Source: Clostridia bacterium (lineage in GTDB: Bacteria > Bacillota > Clostridia > UMGS1883 > UMGS1540). Taken from it: 64,000 bases of DNA. The position numbers and the translations under genes are program-made. Under the pieces are notes generated by a model. The model was not told where the DNA came from, made no database searches, and saw only the letters and a list, made by a program, of their open reading frames with translations. The DNA lies in assembly GCA_017620205.1 (NCBI GenBank), contig JAFZQX010000034.1, forward strand, positions 14,506-78,505, written 5' to 3'. This document shows, piece after piece, positions 12,401 through 21,000 of this stretch (positions are counted from its first letter, which is position 1; each line of letters starts with the position of its first letter).

Positions 12401-13388
12401 TGCCGTTTCAGGCGAAAACGGCATAACGGTAACGCGCGACAGCTTCTCGCAGATAACGGTATCGGGCACGCCCGAAGGAAACGCCGGTATTACGCTCCCC
12501 GCGGCAACAGCGAAGGAGAAAGCCGGAACGCCTGCGCTTTCCGTAACACAACCCACGGAAAAAGGCGGCGCGGGCACAATAAACGCCGGCGCAGACTGTG
12601 AGATAAGCGCGGATAACGGCGCAAGCTGGCAAGACTGCGAAGAAAACATGTCTCTTCAGCCGGGCAATTATCTTGTCCGCGTGAAAGCTACGGATACGGT
12701 GCTCGCATCGGACGCGCAGGAAATTGAAATTGAAGCTTTTAAAGCAAGCGTTACCTTTAACGCAAACGGCGGCAGCGTTACGCCCGCGGATGCTGTAGCA
12801 GACGAGGACGGCAAACTTTCGGATTTACCCACTCCCGAACGCTCTAAATATAAATTTAAAGGCTGGTATACGGAAAGCGAAGGCGGCGAATCGGTTACCG
12901 AGGATACCGTATTTACCAAAGATACGGAAATCTTCGCGCAGTGGAGCAAAAAATCAGGCGGCGGAGGCCTCGGCGGCGCAAACCTTGCCGCAAAGACAGA
13001 AGACAAAGAAGTTGATAAGCTTCAGTTTATTCTCACAATAGGCAAAAAAGAAGCTATTGTCTGGGGCGAAGAAAAAGTAAACGACGTTGCGCCCATGATA
13101 AGAAATGACAGAACGATGCTCCCCGCGAGATTTATTGCCGAAAACCTCGGCGCAGAAGTTTCATGGGATAACGAAGCGAGAAAAGTTATTATTACAAAAG
13201 ACAAAACAAAAATAGAGATTATTATTGATTCCTCTGCGGCTTATTTAAACGGCGAAGAGGTAACTCTTGACAGTCCCGCGTTTATCGAAAACGACAGAAC
13301 GTATACGCCTCTGCGCTTTATAGCCGAAGCGCTCGGCGCGAAGGTAAACTGGAAAGACGATCTGAAACAGGTAATAATCACAAAATAA
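6489..13388 (+). CDS. Giant (2299 aa) secreted surface protein: two ~830-aa beta-helix/Ig modules, InlB B-type repeat, C-terminal copper-amine-oxidase-N (stalk) domain
   Basis: Signal peptide (AFA-D); GG[AG][IV]-type beta-helix repeats; duplicated module starting YVDTWxKLE; VTFNANGG..P.R..YKFKGWY; C-terminal RTMLPARFIAENLGAEVSWD and RTYTPLRFIAEALG. Confidence 0.85.
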   Translation: MIKHLKKAFVIFLALSMCLALLPSAAFADEEVFYVVGNFSHWSTDEAYKMTKKTVSGVTEYTYTMDLTTEDQFKIVGVLNGEQFWYPEGMGNNYGENGEIKEDGTYIIRFDPNAGTDDWFYNFINAEKYEPADDTAAICLYANGKLCDSREFNVDDTFTVYTSLNTAEIDSGRVANIIGKQCYSTTVKCVNELYDNDSFYDVAATFPVMGNKAMGGIENAGDICFSGSTPGVVNPFIFDSDDDLLIVTQFQVMEAGNVSISTDLQLLALPDEEFTKVINNYNIADAYDGKVHIISSFEKPSPKQPLYVDTWDKLEAALETGGDIVLTADVTPDDPSDYNMLSVPKKKTATLDLNGHVINRGLTEAADWGSVFSISGSLTIKDSNPTAEHEPAITYIDPVTGETVTVLGGIITGGYPTVGYSGGGALVADGTLNMEGGTICGCTAVYGGGVCTLGGTFNMTGGSICGCTAGYGGGVCTLGGTFNMTGGTVCGCYGEKGGAVYSNESLYIKGSSFINNASNDSIIYADGPDVSINHNVIISGSGGASIYIKNPPDGTVKDTSLPSLEKQDYVDSNWCGNFSNDYDYRPPMEFEGDSCILDYWYYLKPARVIDENTGEYSLTVTPYLYSCTVQENASLEITPETYLLPEIRLSCTGEGADFGDGTAITLNKESFSTAAFEVESENGGYTYTVGVSYPAGTDEYPISETLTFERTVDINGGEDITYGSPAEISISALENGEEIPAKVIEGKTVSVTARGIDNDMIAFSTADVSENGTFELDLGDISFGEYEAEITIPGFKPATVSLTVPHKTYPLYIAGVQFTSDNLTIDSTDNADIASGTAKYEPGNNKLILDGFKYSGAGNTTEGRDSALYYNGENDLAIFFKGENSLTLHKDSGKKNVGTGICCEENASFNFTGEDKNASLYASVCDGYNSSYGIICNDLSLTMGTLTGEAGDAASDSAGVYCHRGNTTVSNGTLKCIAHDATATLIATSTGFYSKGELTLENSTLICEANTATCTDSGSLAVSRGLCAGYITVTNSNVKCSSGNAVATDGGSHSYGIYAGRGVTFESGNITGLAGTAKAATGITLPDLENSVINLDFYCGNSEKDAKKTDLSDYYDNDLSFPYVNFREQDPNEPQYVDTWGKLEDALSDGGDIVLTADVTPDDPSDLNMLSVPKEKTATLDLNGHVINRGLTEAADWGSVFSISGSLTIKDSNPKATHDPAITVKNPNTGDTVTVLGGIIKGGYTNLEGGAINIKNGICNMEGGTIFSCRAGYGGGVYVSPGSTLNMTGGAIYGCESDSGAAIYSDGAMHVTGATFMYNSGNDIFNSQTPAITMNHNVISEYADKTISVLQPPDESGIAASEPSLDVMRHLDSNWYKSYFSNYFTSPCDCDAPYSFWYYLKPERVIDEETGAYSLKVTPYLYSTISNSSLEITPDTYLLPEINLAFTAEGAAFDDDAILSLSKESFTPAGFEVKPGKGEYSYSLSLAYPEGIETDNYPETLSFERTIKVNGGEDITYGSPMEIDVSALENGEEIPLKVIEGKTVTVSLKDAFGEDAGGFTSTVAENGKFTLDLDNIPKGTYLATFEIEGFKPVVEALLDTEPVKYPLFIGGVQFTDEKLTVDAADNGDITAGSATYDPKNRKLELNGFKYKGAGSSAEDADAALLYTDDDDLTICFKGENSLQLHKDSDIKDIGAGICGCGEGALNFIGEDDTASIYAFADGHKENFGVKCDTLNINTGSLKGEGGSASEISLGIYCGLNDFSVSNAKVTGIGGNVDGTMCAYSSGIEVDGTTTLEDCTILADGHKVTNTTDGITRSCGLLASEGITAKNSTVICTADEAEMPESMYDPISWGFISNSTVSFQNSNIVCSGKLSATNITKWEEHAIDLPAFCGSSEEDAEITDFASFLSNQGAYKYVNFRNLYIYNVTVTPGDGMLTADGTGAESQQVEEGGAMDDVIYMAVKDCYFPEDYAVSGENGITVTRDSFSQITVSGTPEGNAGITLPAATAKEKAGTPALSVTQPTEKGGAGTINAGADCEISADNGASWQDCEENMSLQPGNYLVRVKATDTVLASDAQEIEIEAFKASVTFNANGGSVTPADAVADEDGKLSDLPTPERSKYKFKGWYTESEGGESVTEDTVFTKDTEIFAQWSKKSGGGGLGGANLAAKTEDKEVDKLQFILTIGKKEAIVWGEEKVNDVAPMIRNDRTMLPARFIAENLGAEVSWDNEARKVIITKDKTKIEIIIDSSAAYLNGEEVTLDSPAFIENDRTYTPLRFIAEALGAKVNWKDDLKQVIITK
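7406..7642 (+). repeat. 237-bp near-identical intragenic repeat, copy 1
   Basis: Matches 9893-10129; the 3' ~120 bp are identical. Confidence 0.9.
7785..7965 (+). repeat. 75-bp (25-aa) tandem repeat, about 2.4 copies
   Basis: NMxGGxICGCTAxYGGGVCTLGGTF repeated. Confidence 0.85.
9893..10129 (+). repeat. 237-bp near-identical intragenic repeat, copy 2
   Basis: Matches 7406-7642 at an in-frame offset of 2487 bp. Confidence 0.9.
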
Positions 13389-13394
13389 ACAAAT

Positions 13395-13424
13395 AAAAAT
13401 ACCACCCGCACGGGTGGTATTTTT
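13395..13424 (+). terminator. Intrinsic terminator
   Basis: AAAATACCACCCG/CGGGTGGTATTTT. Confidence 0.8.
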
Positions 13425-13505
13425 ACGCATTCTTTCCGGCAAGCCCAAGAGCAAAGAAGGATCGGTGAAATGTTTTCTAAAATTCATGTAATTTCAATAT
13501 ATACA

Positions 13506-13550
13506 CCTCATCCGTCCCTCCGGGACACCTTCTCCTTTTTAGGGGAAGGC
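13506..13550. repeat. REP-like double-hairpin element
   Basis: CCTCATCC-GTCCC/GGGAC-A-CCTTCTCC..GGGGAAGG; resembles a dispersed CCCTCATCC..CACCTTCCC..GGGAAGG family (from recall). Confidence 0.55.
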
Positions 13551-13562
13551 TTTGGGGCAAAA

Positions 13563-13592
13563 AAAGAGTTACGCATAATTGCGTAACTCTTT
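13563..13592 (-). terminator. Intrinsic terminator of HdeD-family gene
   Basis: AAAGAGTTACGCA/TGCGTAACTCTTT. Confidence 0.75.
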
Positions 13593-13613
13593 AATATTGC
13601 ATTAAGCGGCTAA

Positions 13614-14189
13614 TTATTTTGCCGGATCTATTTTCTCCATTATAATTTTATTTAACGCTTTTGCGTCTTTCTTTGCCGTAATCATATTAACAATGCTGAT
13701 TATTGCATGAACAATAATGAAAATTCCGATCCACATTGTAACCGTTACGGAGGCTTCGCCCGGGAAGAACAGAGCTATAACACCTATGATAATATCAATA
13801 ATACTAAGTATTATTATAAGCACCCAAGGTGCGTCTGTGCCTTTTAGCGAAGCAGCAAGTTTAATATAGTTAAAGGAGGATATGATAATCCAAAGGCCTA
13901 TAACCGTTCCGATGTAAATAGCGATACCTGCGGGATACATTACGAGCAGTATGCCGAGGAGCACGCATAAAATACCGAGAAGCATTCCTTCAAACGGTAT
14001 ATATAAGCGCCATGCCTTGATATCCATTATTATAAGCGTTATGCCGTGAATAATAAGATACACGCCGGCAACAATGCCGAGAGATACAAGCGATATACCG
14101 GGGTAAAAAAGCATAATCAGGCCGAGTATAATCGCAAGAATCGACAGCCAAATAACAGAGTTTGTAAAGTTTTTAAAAGCAGTTTTCAT
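13614..14189 (-). CDS. HdeD/DUF308 family membrane protein
   Basis: Six TM segments with repeated ILG..LL..P pattern; AAGGAGG RBS. Confidence 0.75.
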   Translation of the reverse strand: MKTAFKNFTNSVIWLSILAIILGLIMLFYPGISLVSLGIVAGVYLIIHGITLIIMDIKAWRLYIPFEGMLLGILCVLLGILLVMYPAGIAIYIGTVIGLWIIISSFNYIKLAASLKGTDAPWVLIIILSIIDIIIGVIALFFPGEASVTVTMWIGIFIIVHAIISIVNMITAKKDAKALNKIIMEKIDPAK

Positions 14190-14399
14190 TTTTTCCTCCT
14201 TTATTTTAGATAGAATTATTTTATCACAAAACCGTCTGCTTTACAATACTATATGACAAATTCCGTAAATATTTATAGCAAGGCGGAGAGATTTTTGTTG
14301 TTATTGCATAAAAACGGTGCAAAAAAACCGATTGAAATAACCGGTATGATATGTTATAGTAATACTGTAAATAATAAACCATTATGGGAGTTGAGGTCT

Positions 14400-15962
14400 G
14401 TGAGCGAAATACTGAGATTGGCAGAGCCGCGGAAAAAGGGACTTTTGCATCTGCTTTTCAGCCGTTTTTTCGTAATAGTGCTTTTGATTTTACTGCAGGT
14501 CGCTTTGTATGTTTTCTTATACGGCTGGCTTAATACATGGATCCCCTTTTTCTCCGTGCTTAAAGTTATTTTCACCGTCATAGTTGTTATTTATCTTTTT
14601 AACAGCAGTATGGACTTCAGCGGTAAGCTTACATGGATGTTTATAATCGCAATACTGCCGGTGACAGGCGCTATGTTTTATTTTTTTACGAGAATGAATC
14701 TCGGGCACCGCAAGATAACACGTCTTGTTGATAATACGATAAACAGAACGAGAAATGCCATTTTGCAGCCCGTAGGAGTTTTGGAGTCGCTTAGCGGTGA
14801 CAGCTCCGGCACGGCTGATTTGGTTAAATATTTAAACCGCAGCAACTGTTTTCCTATATATAACAACACCGACGTAACCTTTTTCCCATCCGGCGAAGCG
14901 AAATTCGCCGCCCTGCTTGAAGAACTGAAAAAGGCCGAGAAGTTTATTTTTTTAGAGTATTTCATTATAGCGGAAGGATATATGTGGGGGAAAATTTTGG
15001 AGGTGCTTATAGAAAAAGCGGCTGCAGGCGTTGATGTGCGCGTACTTTATGACGGCATGTGCGAAATATCAACTCTGCCCCCGAGCTATTTTAAGCTTCT
15101 TAGGGAAAAGGGTATAAAGGCAAAGGCATTTTCGCCGATAAAACCGATTGTGTCAACGCACTATAACTACCGCGACCACAGAAAGATTTTAGTTATAGAC
15201 GGCAAAGTTGCCATAAACGGCGGCGTAAACCTTGCCGATGAATATATAAATCAAATTGAGAGATTCGGTCACTGGAAGGACGCCGCGGTTATGCTTAAAG
15301 GCGACGCGGTTAAAAGCTTTACGCTTATGTTTCTGCAGATGTGGAACATAGACGAAAAGATACCTCTCTATACTCCGTGGCTTAAAGACGGCGGGTCCGT
15401 TCACAAAGGCACGGAAGGATACGTTATCCCCTACGGCGACAGCCCTCTTGACGATATGCTTGTAGGCGAAACCGTATATATGGATATAATAAACCGGGCG
15501 ACGGAATATGTGCATATCATGACGCCGTATCTTATACTTGACGGCGAGCTTGAAAACACTTTAAAATTTGCCGCCGAGCGCGGCGTTGACGTAAAGCTCA
15601 TACTTCCCGGCATACCGGATAAAAAAGCGGCGTTCGCTCTTGCTAAATCACACTATAAACGCCTTATAGCGTCCGGCATCAAAATATACGAATACACTCC
15701 CGGTTTTGTGCACGCAAAGGTCTTTGTAAGCGATGACAAAAAAGCTGTTGTGGGCACAATTAATCTTGACTACCGCAGTCTATACCATCACTTTGAATGC
15801 GCAACATACATGTACCGCACGAAATGTATTCCGGATATTGAAAACGATTTCAAAGAGACGCTTTCAAAGTGCCGCGAGGTTACATACGACACCATAAAAA
15901 ACGAAAAGCTCTTATACAAGCTTACGGGCACTTTGATGAAGTTTATAGCGCCTCTTATGTAA
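14400..15962 (+). CDS. cls: Cardiolipin synthase
   Basis: N-terminal TMs; two HKD motifs (HRKILVID, HAKVFVSD); probable GTG start at 14400. Confidence 0.9.
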   Translation: MSEILRLAEPRKKGLLHLLFSRFFVIVLLILLQVALYVFLYGWLNTWIPFFSVLKVIFTVIVVIYLFNSSMDFSGKLTWMFIIAILPVTGAMFYFFTRMNLGHRKITRLVDNTINRTRNAILQPVGVLESLSGDSSGTADLVKYLNRSNCFPIYNNTDVTFFPSGEAKFAALLEELKKAEKFIFLEYFIIAEGYMWGKILEVLIEKAAAGVDVRVLYDGMCEISTLPPSYFKLLREKGIKAKAFSPIKPIVSTHYNYRDHRKILVIDGKVAINGGVNLADEYINQIERFGHWKDAAVMLKGDAVKSFTLMFLQMWNIDEKIPLYTPWLKDGGSVHKGTEGYVIPYGDSPLDDMLVGETVYMDIINRATEYVHIMTPYLILDGELENTLKFAAERGVDVKLILPGIPDKKAAFALAKSHYKRLIASGIKIYEYTPGFVHAKVFVSDDKKAVVGTINLDYRSLYHHFECATYMYRTKCIPDIENDFKETLSKCREVTYDTIKNEKLLYKLTGTLMKFIAPLM

Positions 15963-15983
15963 AAATAAGCCGGAGGGCATTTT

Positions 15984-16925
15984 ATGGATATAGAATTTCT
16001 TCTTTTGCTTCAGCATTTCAGAGAAGCCACAAACAATGTGTTTACTCCGTTTATGGAGCATGTTTCCCATTTTTCGGTGCATTACCTTATAATAATCCCC
16101 GTTTTGATATATTGGCTTTTAAACAAGGAAAAAGGTCTTTATATCCTTGCGTCTTACAGTCTCAGCTGCGGCATAAACGATATAATAAAGCTTTCAGCCT
16201 GCGTTTACCGCCCCTGGATCAAAGATCCGCGTATAGTGCCTGCGGGCGGCGCAGTTAAATCGGCAACGGGATATTCATTTCCAAGCGGGCACACAGCCAT
16301 AGCAGGCTCTTTATACGGCGGACTTGCCGTATCTTTTAATAAGCGGCGCGCCGTCACGGCGCTCTGTATTTTTGCCGCTTTGCTCACGGGTTTTTCGCGA
16401 TGCTATCTCGGCGTTCACACGCCGCAGGACGTTTTGGCGGCATTTGCGGAAACGGCTTTGGCGCTTTATATAGTTTCAAAGCTTTTTGCGTATATAAAAG
16501 CCCACCCCGAAAAGGAAAACATTTTTCTTTTAGTAAGCTTTATAATAGGCTGGCTCGGCATTATTTATATAACATTTAAACCGTATCCCACGGATTTTTC
16601 GGACGGCAAACTGCTTGTCGACCCGCAAAAAATGATGAATGACGGCTACGCCGACATTTGTCTTTTTATTGCGTTTCCCGTCTCGCGGTTTATCGAAAAA
16701 ACATTTATAAAGTTTGAGCCCGCGGGCTTAAACGCCAAAGGCATTTTAATATGTATGGCGGGCATTGTGCCTTTGTATTTTATGATGAAATATATGGGCG
16801 ACGCTCTGGACTTACTTTTAGGCAGTCACTTCGGGCATTTTTGCAGTATGTTTATTCTCGTATTTTACTGTGCCGCGCTGTATCCCATAGTTATTAAAAT
16901 TCTGTGCAATAAAAAAAGCGTATGA
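15984..16925 (+). CDS. PAP2 family membrane phosphatase
   Basis: K-x6-RP, SFPSGH and SR-x5-H-x3-D motifs. Confidence 0.88.
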   Translation: MDIEFLLLLQHFREATNNVFTPFMEHVSHFSVHYLIIIPVLIYWLLNKEKGLYILASYSLSCGINDIIKLSACVYRPWIKDPRIVPAGGAVKSATGYSFPSGHTAIAGSLYGGLAVSFNKRRAVTALCIFAALLTGFSRCYLGVHTPQDVLAAFAETALALYIVSKLFAYIKAHPEKENIFLLVSFIIGWLGIIYITFKPYPTDFSDGKLLVDPQKMMNDGYADICLFIAFPVSRFIEKTFIKFEPAGLNAKGILICMAGIVPLYFMMKYMGDALDLLLGSHFGHFCSMFILVFYCAALYPIVIKILCNKKSV

Positions 16926-16949
16926 AGATTTTTTCTTCATACGCTTTTT
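16913..16949. terminator. Bidirectional terminator
   Basis: AAAAAGCGTATGAAGA/TCTTCATACGCTTTTT between convergent genes. Confidence 0.8.
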
Positions 16950-17820
16950 AATCGTTTGTTTTGCTTAAAAGCAATACGGCGCCGAGTATAAGAATTATCC
17001 CGCAGACAGACGATAAGGATAATTTCTCTCCAAGCAGCATAACGCTGAAAAGAGTTGCCGCCATGGGCTCCAAAACAGCAAGCGAAGCCGCCGTGCCGGC
17101 AGGTATGTGTTTAAGCGACAGCGTGTAAAAAAGATACGGCAATATTGATGTGCAAATACCTACGCCTATCATAAGCGGAAACGCTTTTAAAGGCTCTTTT
17201 AATGCCGTTTCAAATATAGGCGCGGGCGGCGCCGCGATAAGCGCCAGTATTGTCATAAACAAAAAGCAGTAAAACACCGCCGTCACGGCGTTTATTTTTT
17301 TCTGCATTTCTATTCTCGTTATGATAATATACGTGCTGTAGGATACGCCCGACAAAAGCCCTACTAAAATACCCGCGGGGTTAAACTTCAGTCCGCCTAT
17401 AACGCCCGTTATAAATCCGCAGCCGAATATCATGGCGATTAGGGATATAAGCTTTATTTTTGTAAGCTTTTCGCCCAGAAATATAACAGAAAACGTCATA
17501 ACAATAACGGGCGCCGTATACATAAGCATAACGGCGGTCGAAACAGACGTCATCTGCATAGAAGCGTAATAACACGTTCCGCATCCGTACATGGCAATAC
17601 CGCTTAAAGCTATTACGGCAAGATCCTTAAACGAAACGGAAAACAGTTTTCTGTCTTTTATTAATATGTAAATTGCAAAGCAAACTGCGGCAACCGTGCC
17701 GCGCACCGACGACATCTGAAGCGATGAAAAACCCAGCGGCGCGAGATAATGCACGAAAATGCCGGACGTACCCCATAAAACGCTTGCCAGAATTATAAAC
17801 ACAAATGATCTTTTTCTCAT
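16948..17820 (-). CDS. EamA/DMT family transporter
   Basis: About 10 TMs, LWGTSG, two EamA halves each ending (F/L)LGEKL; ATG at 17820. Confidence 0.88.
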   Translation of the reverse strand: MRKRSFVFIILASVLWGTSGIFVHYLAPLGFSSLQMSSVRGTVAAVCFAIYILIKDRKLFSVSFKDLAVIALSGIAMYGCGTCYYASMQMTSVSTAVMLMYTAPVIVMTFSVIFLGEKLTKIKLISLIAMIFGCGFITGVIGGLKFNPAGILVGLLSGVSYSTYIIITRIEMQKKINAVTAVFYCFLFMTILALIAAPPAPIFETALKEPLKAFPLMIGVGICTSILPYLFYTLSLKHIPAGTAASLAVLEPMAATLFSVMLLGEKLSLSSVCGIILILGAVLLLSKTND

Positions 17821-17874
17821 AAATTCATCTCCGTTTGCAATTGTAACATATGGGGTTTTGTTTGTCAAGCACAC

Positions 17875-18003
17875 ATGGCGCGGGCGGCGGAGCATCTGGC
17901 TGCAAAAATATATGTAAACGGAGCGCAGGTTTTCCCTGACGCCGCACCCGTTATCAAAAGCGGCTGCTTTTTTGCTTATTTTACAAAACCACTTGTAAAA
18001 TAA
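17875..18003 (+). pseudogene. Relic of a stalk-domain gene
   Basis: 42-codon frame containing KIYVNGAQVFPDAAPVIKSG, which matches SIYVNGSQVWPDSDPIIENS of 53169-54047 at protein and DNA level. Confidence 0.6.
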
Positions 18004-18092
18004 GCCGTTATGTTGTATAATATATCATGTAAAAAAGTAAAGTAACGTTTTATTCCGGAAACCGTTATATTAAAATAAGGAGAGTATGAAAA

Positions 18093-21000
18093 ATGAAAAA
18101 CAAGTTCAGCAAACTAATTGCAGCGTTTATGGCTCTTGCCTTTGTGTTGACGATGATTCCCGCCACGGTATCTGCCGCATGGTCGGTTCCTTCGCAGGCG
18201 GTAAGCACACCCGATCTGCGTATGGGCCTTTTGTCGGACTGTCACATCAGAGGCACGGACAACTCTGTGTTTACAAGAGCGCTGAGACCTTTTAAAGAAA
18301 TGGGCGGCGTTGAAGCCATAGGCATCGTGGGCGACCTTGTATACACAGCCGCGGGCGTTGAATCGCTCGAACAGAGAGAGGCTCTTTATACAAACGCTTT
18401 AAACGGCTGGAACAGCGTGTTTACGTCAAACGCGCCCGAGATGATTTATACCATGGGCAACCATGAATTTACTTTAAACTCATCGGACGCAACGCAGGCG
18501 GCAACCGCGAAACAGGCGTTTAAAAACAAGATAGGCGATTATGATTCTGTACGCAAAGTAAACGGCTTTACGTTTATTACAGCGGCTCCGAAAAACTATC
18601 TCGGCGCGCTTTCATCGGATACCGAAAGCTTTATCATGACAAACGCACAGGCGGCTATAGCGGAAGACCCGAATAAACCTGTTTTCCTTCTTATTCACCA
18701 TCCGCCGAAGGATATTTTCTACGGAACAATGTATACTAACGTTCCCGCTTTCTATTCATCAACATTCTATAACTTCTTACATACAACTCCGCAGATAGTT
18801 TTCATTTGCGGTCACAGCCATCCGCCTATTCAGGACCCGAAATGTATTCATCAGTATCAGGGCGGTTATACATGTCTTGACATGCCCATGTCCGGCCTTA
18901 CCGTGTTCCGCTACACGGGCTACGAACAGGATGAGCTATGGAGCGACAGAGTCGTTTGGGACTATGTTTCCGGCACTTACCTTATGGAAGTTAAAGACAA
19001 CGTCGTTTATATCCACAAGCTTGATGTTTTGAATAACCGCTATGTCGGCGAGCCGTATGTTATTGATGTTCCCAAAATGGTTGCGGGCACGGGCGGCTAT
19101 AACTATACTGACGCGAGATACGATATAGCTACCGCGCCAACATATCCCGAAGACGCCGCAATAACGCTCTCCGAGCCCGAAGCGGGCAAACTCAAAGTGG
19201 TATTTGCAAACACGGCGACAAAGACGGAAGAATCCGCGCCGGGAATGGCTGATAATTTTGTTATGGGTTATCAGATAACGCTCCGCAACGCTTCAACCAA
19301 TGCCGTGATCAGCACGAAAAAGATTTACGGTGACTTCTTCAAAGACCAGCCCTCGGTAAAACAGACATCGTTTTCAGATCTTACCGCCGGCACACGGTAC
19401 CGCGTTTCGGTAGCGCCCGTATCGGCATTTAACAAAGTAGGAAACGAGGTTTCAAAAGAAATACTTATAGGCAGCGACACCATAACGGGATACACATTCA
19501 GAGGCAGCTCCGTGACGTATGACGGCCAGAGCCATATGATAAATGTAACTGCGGGCACGGGCGCGACAGACGGCGTAACCGTAACCTATACAGTAGGCGG
19601 CGCACCGTTTTCGGGCGCAACGGAAATCGGCACATACCCCGTAACGGCAACTATTACAAAAGCGGGATATAACGATCTTGTTTTATCGGCAACGCTCAGA
19701 ATAAAAGATCCCGCAGAGGCAGGCAAAGAAGTGCTCCTTGACCTTGATTTTTCAAACTTCTCGGCAGTAGGTTACACGCCTACCGAAGCCTCCGTAGTTC
19801 CGGGCGGCGGCCCTTCGGGCGTTACAGCAAGCGGTATGTGGGCAAGCGGCACGACCTTGGGCTTTTCAAAAAGGCCTTCAGAAAACGCAATAACAAAAGA
19901 AACAATCCATAATGCAAATGACGGCATTACATACTATGTTGATTATGTTGACGAAAAGACGTATCCTAACGTTACCGCACCAAATTCTTACAACCAGCAC
20001 TTAATAAATATGAAACTGCGCAATGAAGAATTTGAAGATACCGCCAATACAATTTCATTCTGGGCAGACGTCACGGCAAGTAATGTATGGAAAGAAATCT
20101 TTGCTTACAGAGTAGACTTCGGCGGCAGTTCCGTTGAATCGTTCGACCTCGGTATAAACGCCGACGGCACATGGAATGCCTTAAGCGTTCCGACCTCGGC
20201 AAAAACTATTTCTTCAACGCAGGCTTTCTGCCTCCCCGCGGACGCAAGCGGCGAATTTACTGTTCCGAAAGGCTGGAAGCATATAGTTATTACAAACCCC
20301 GTCTGCTCCGGCAACAAAAAGACGATGGACGTTTATATAAACGGCGCGTATGTAAAGAGCGTAACGCTTGATATTCCCGACAACGCCGCAATAAACACGG
20401 TATCGTGCTCGTTCTTCTCAAAAGCCAATTCCTCGGACGGTTGGTGGAGAACGCGTGACGCGGTAGCTCCGCACGGTACGCTCGGCGGCTTCAAGGTTTA
20501 TCAGGGCGTTTTAAGCGCCGCGGATATTATTGACCTTTATAACGAACAGCTGCCCGAGTTTTCAGAAGGCACTCCGCTTTCAGACATAACAGGCTATACG
20601 TTTGAGGACGCAACGGCGGAATATGACGGCGAAAGCCACAGTATAGCCGTAACGGCGGCATCAGACGCTACGGAAGGCGTAAACATCTCATATACAGTAA
20701 ACGGCGCACCGTTTACGGGAGCAACGGAAGTCGGCACATACAATATAAAAGCAACCTTGACAAAAGAAGGCTACAATAACCTTGAACTCACCGCAACGCT
20801 TACCATTGACCCCGCACAGGCACCGCCCGTTGACGACGGCGAAGTTTTAGTTGACCTTGACTTTACGGATTTAGCTCCTACAGAAGAAGCAGGCGCTTCG
20901 GGCATAGTAAATAGAGGAACGCTTACCTCTGCACAGCTTGACTTCTATTCTTCAAACGGCATAAGCGTTACAACGGACTTTCTCTATGATAAAGACGATT

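Noticed and set aside
13395-13424. ACCACCCG/CGGGTGGT hairpin as an IS200/IS605 end
   Set aside because: No tnpA or tnpB remnant; position and T-tract fit a terminator
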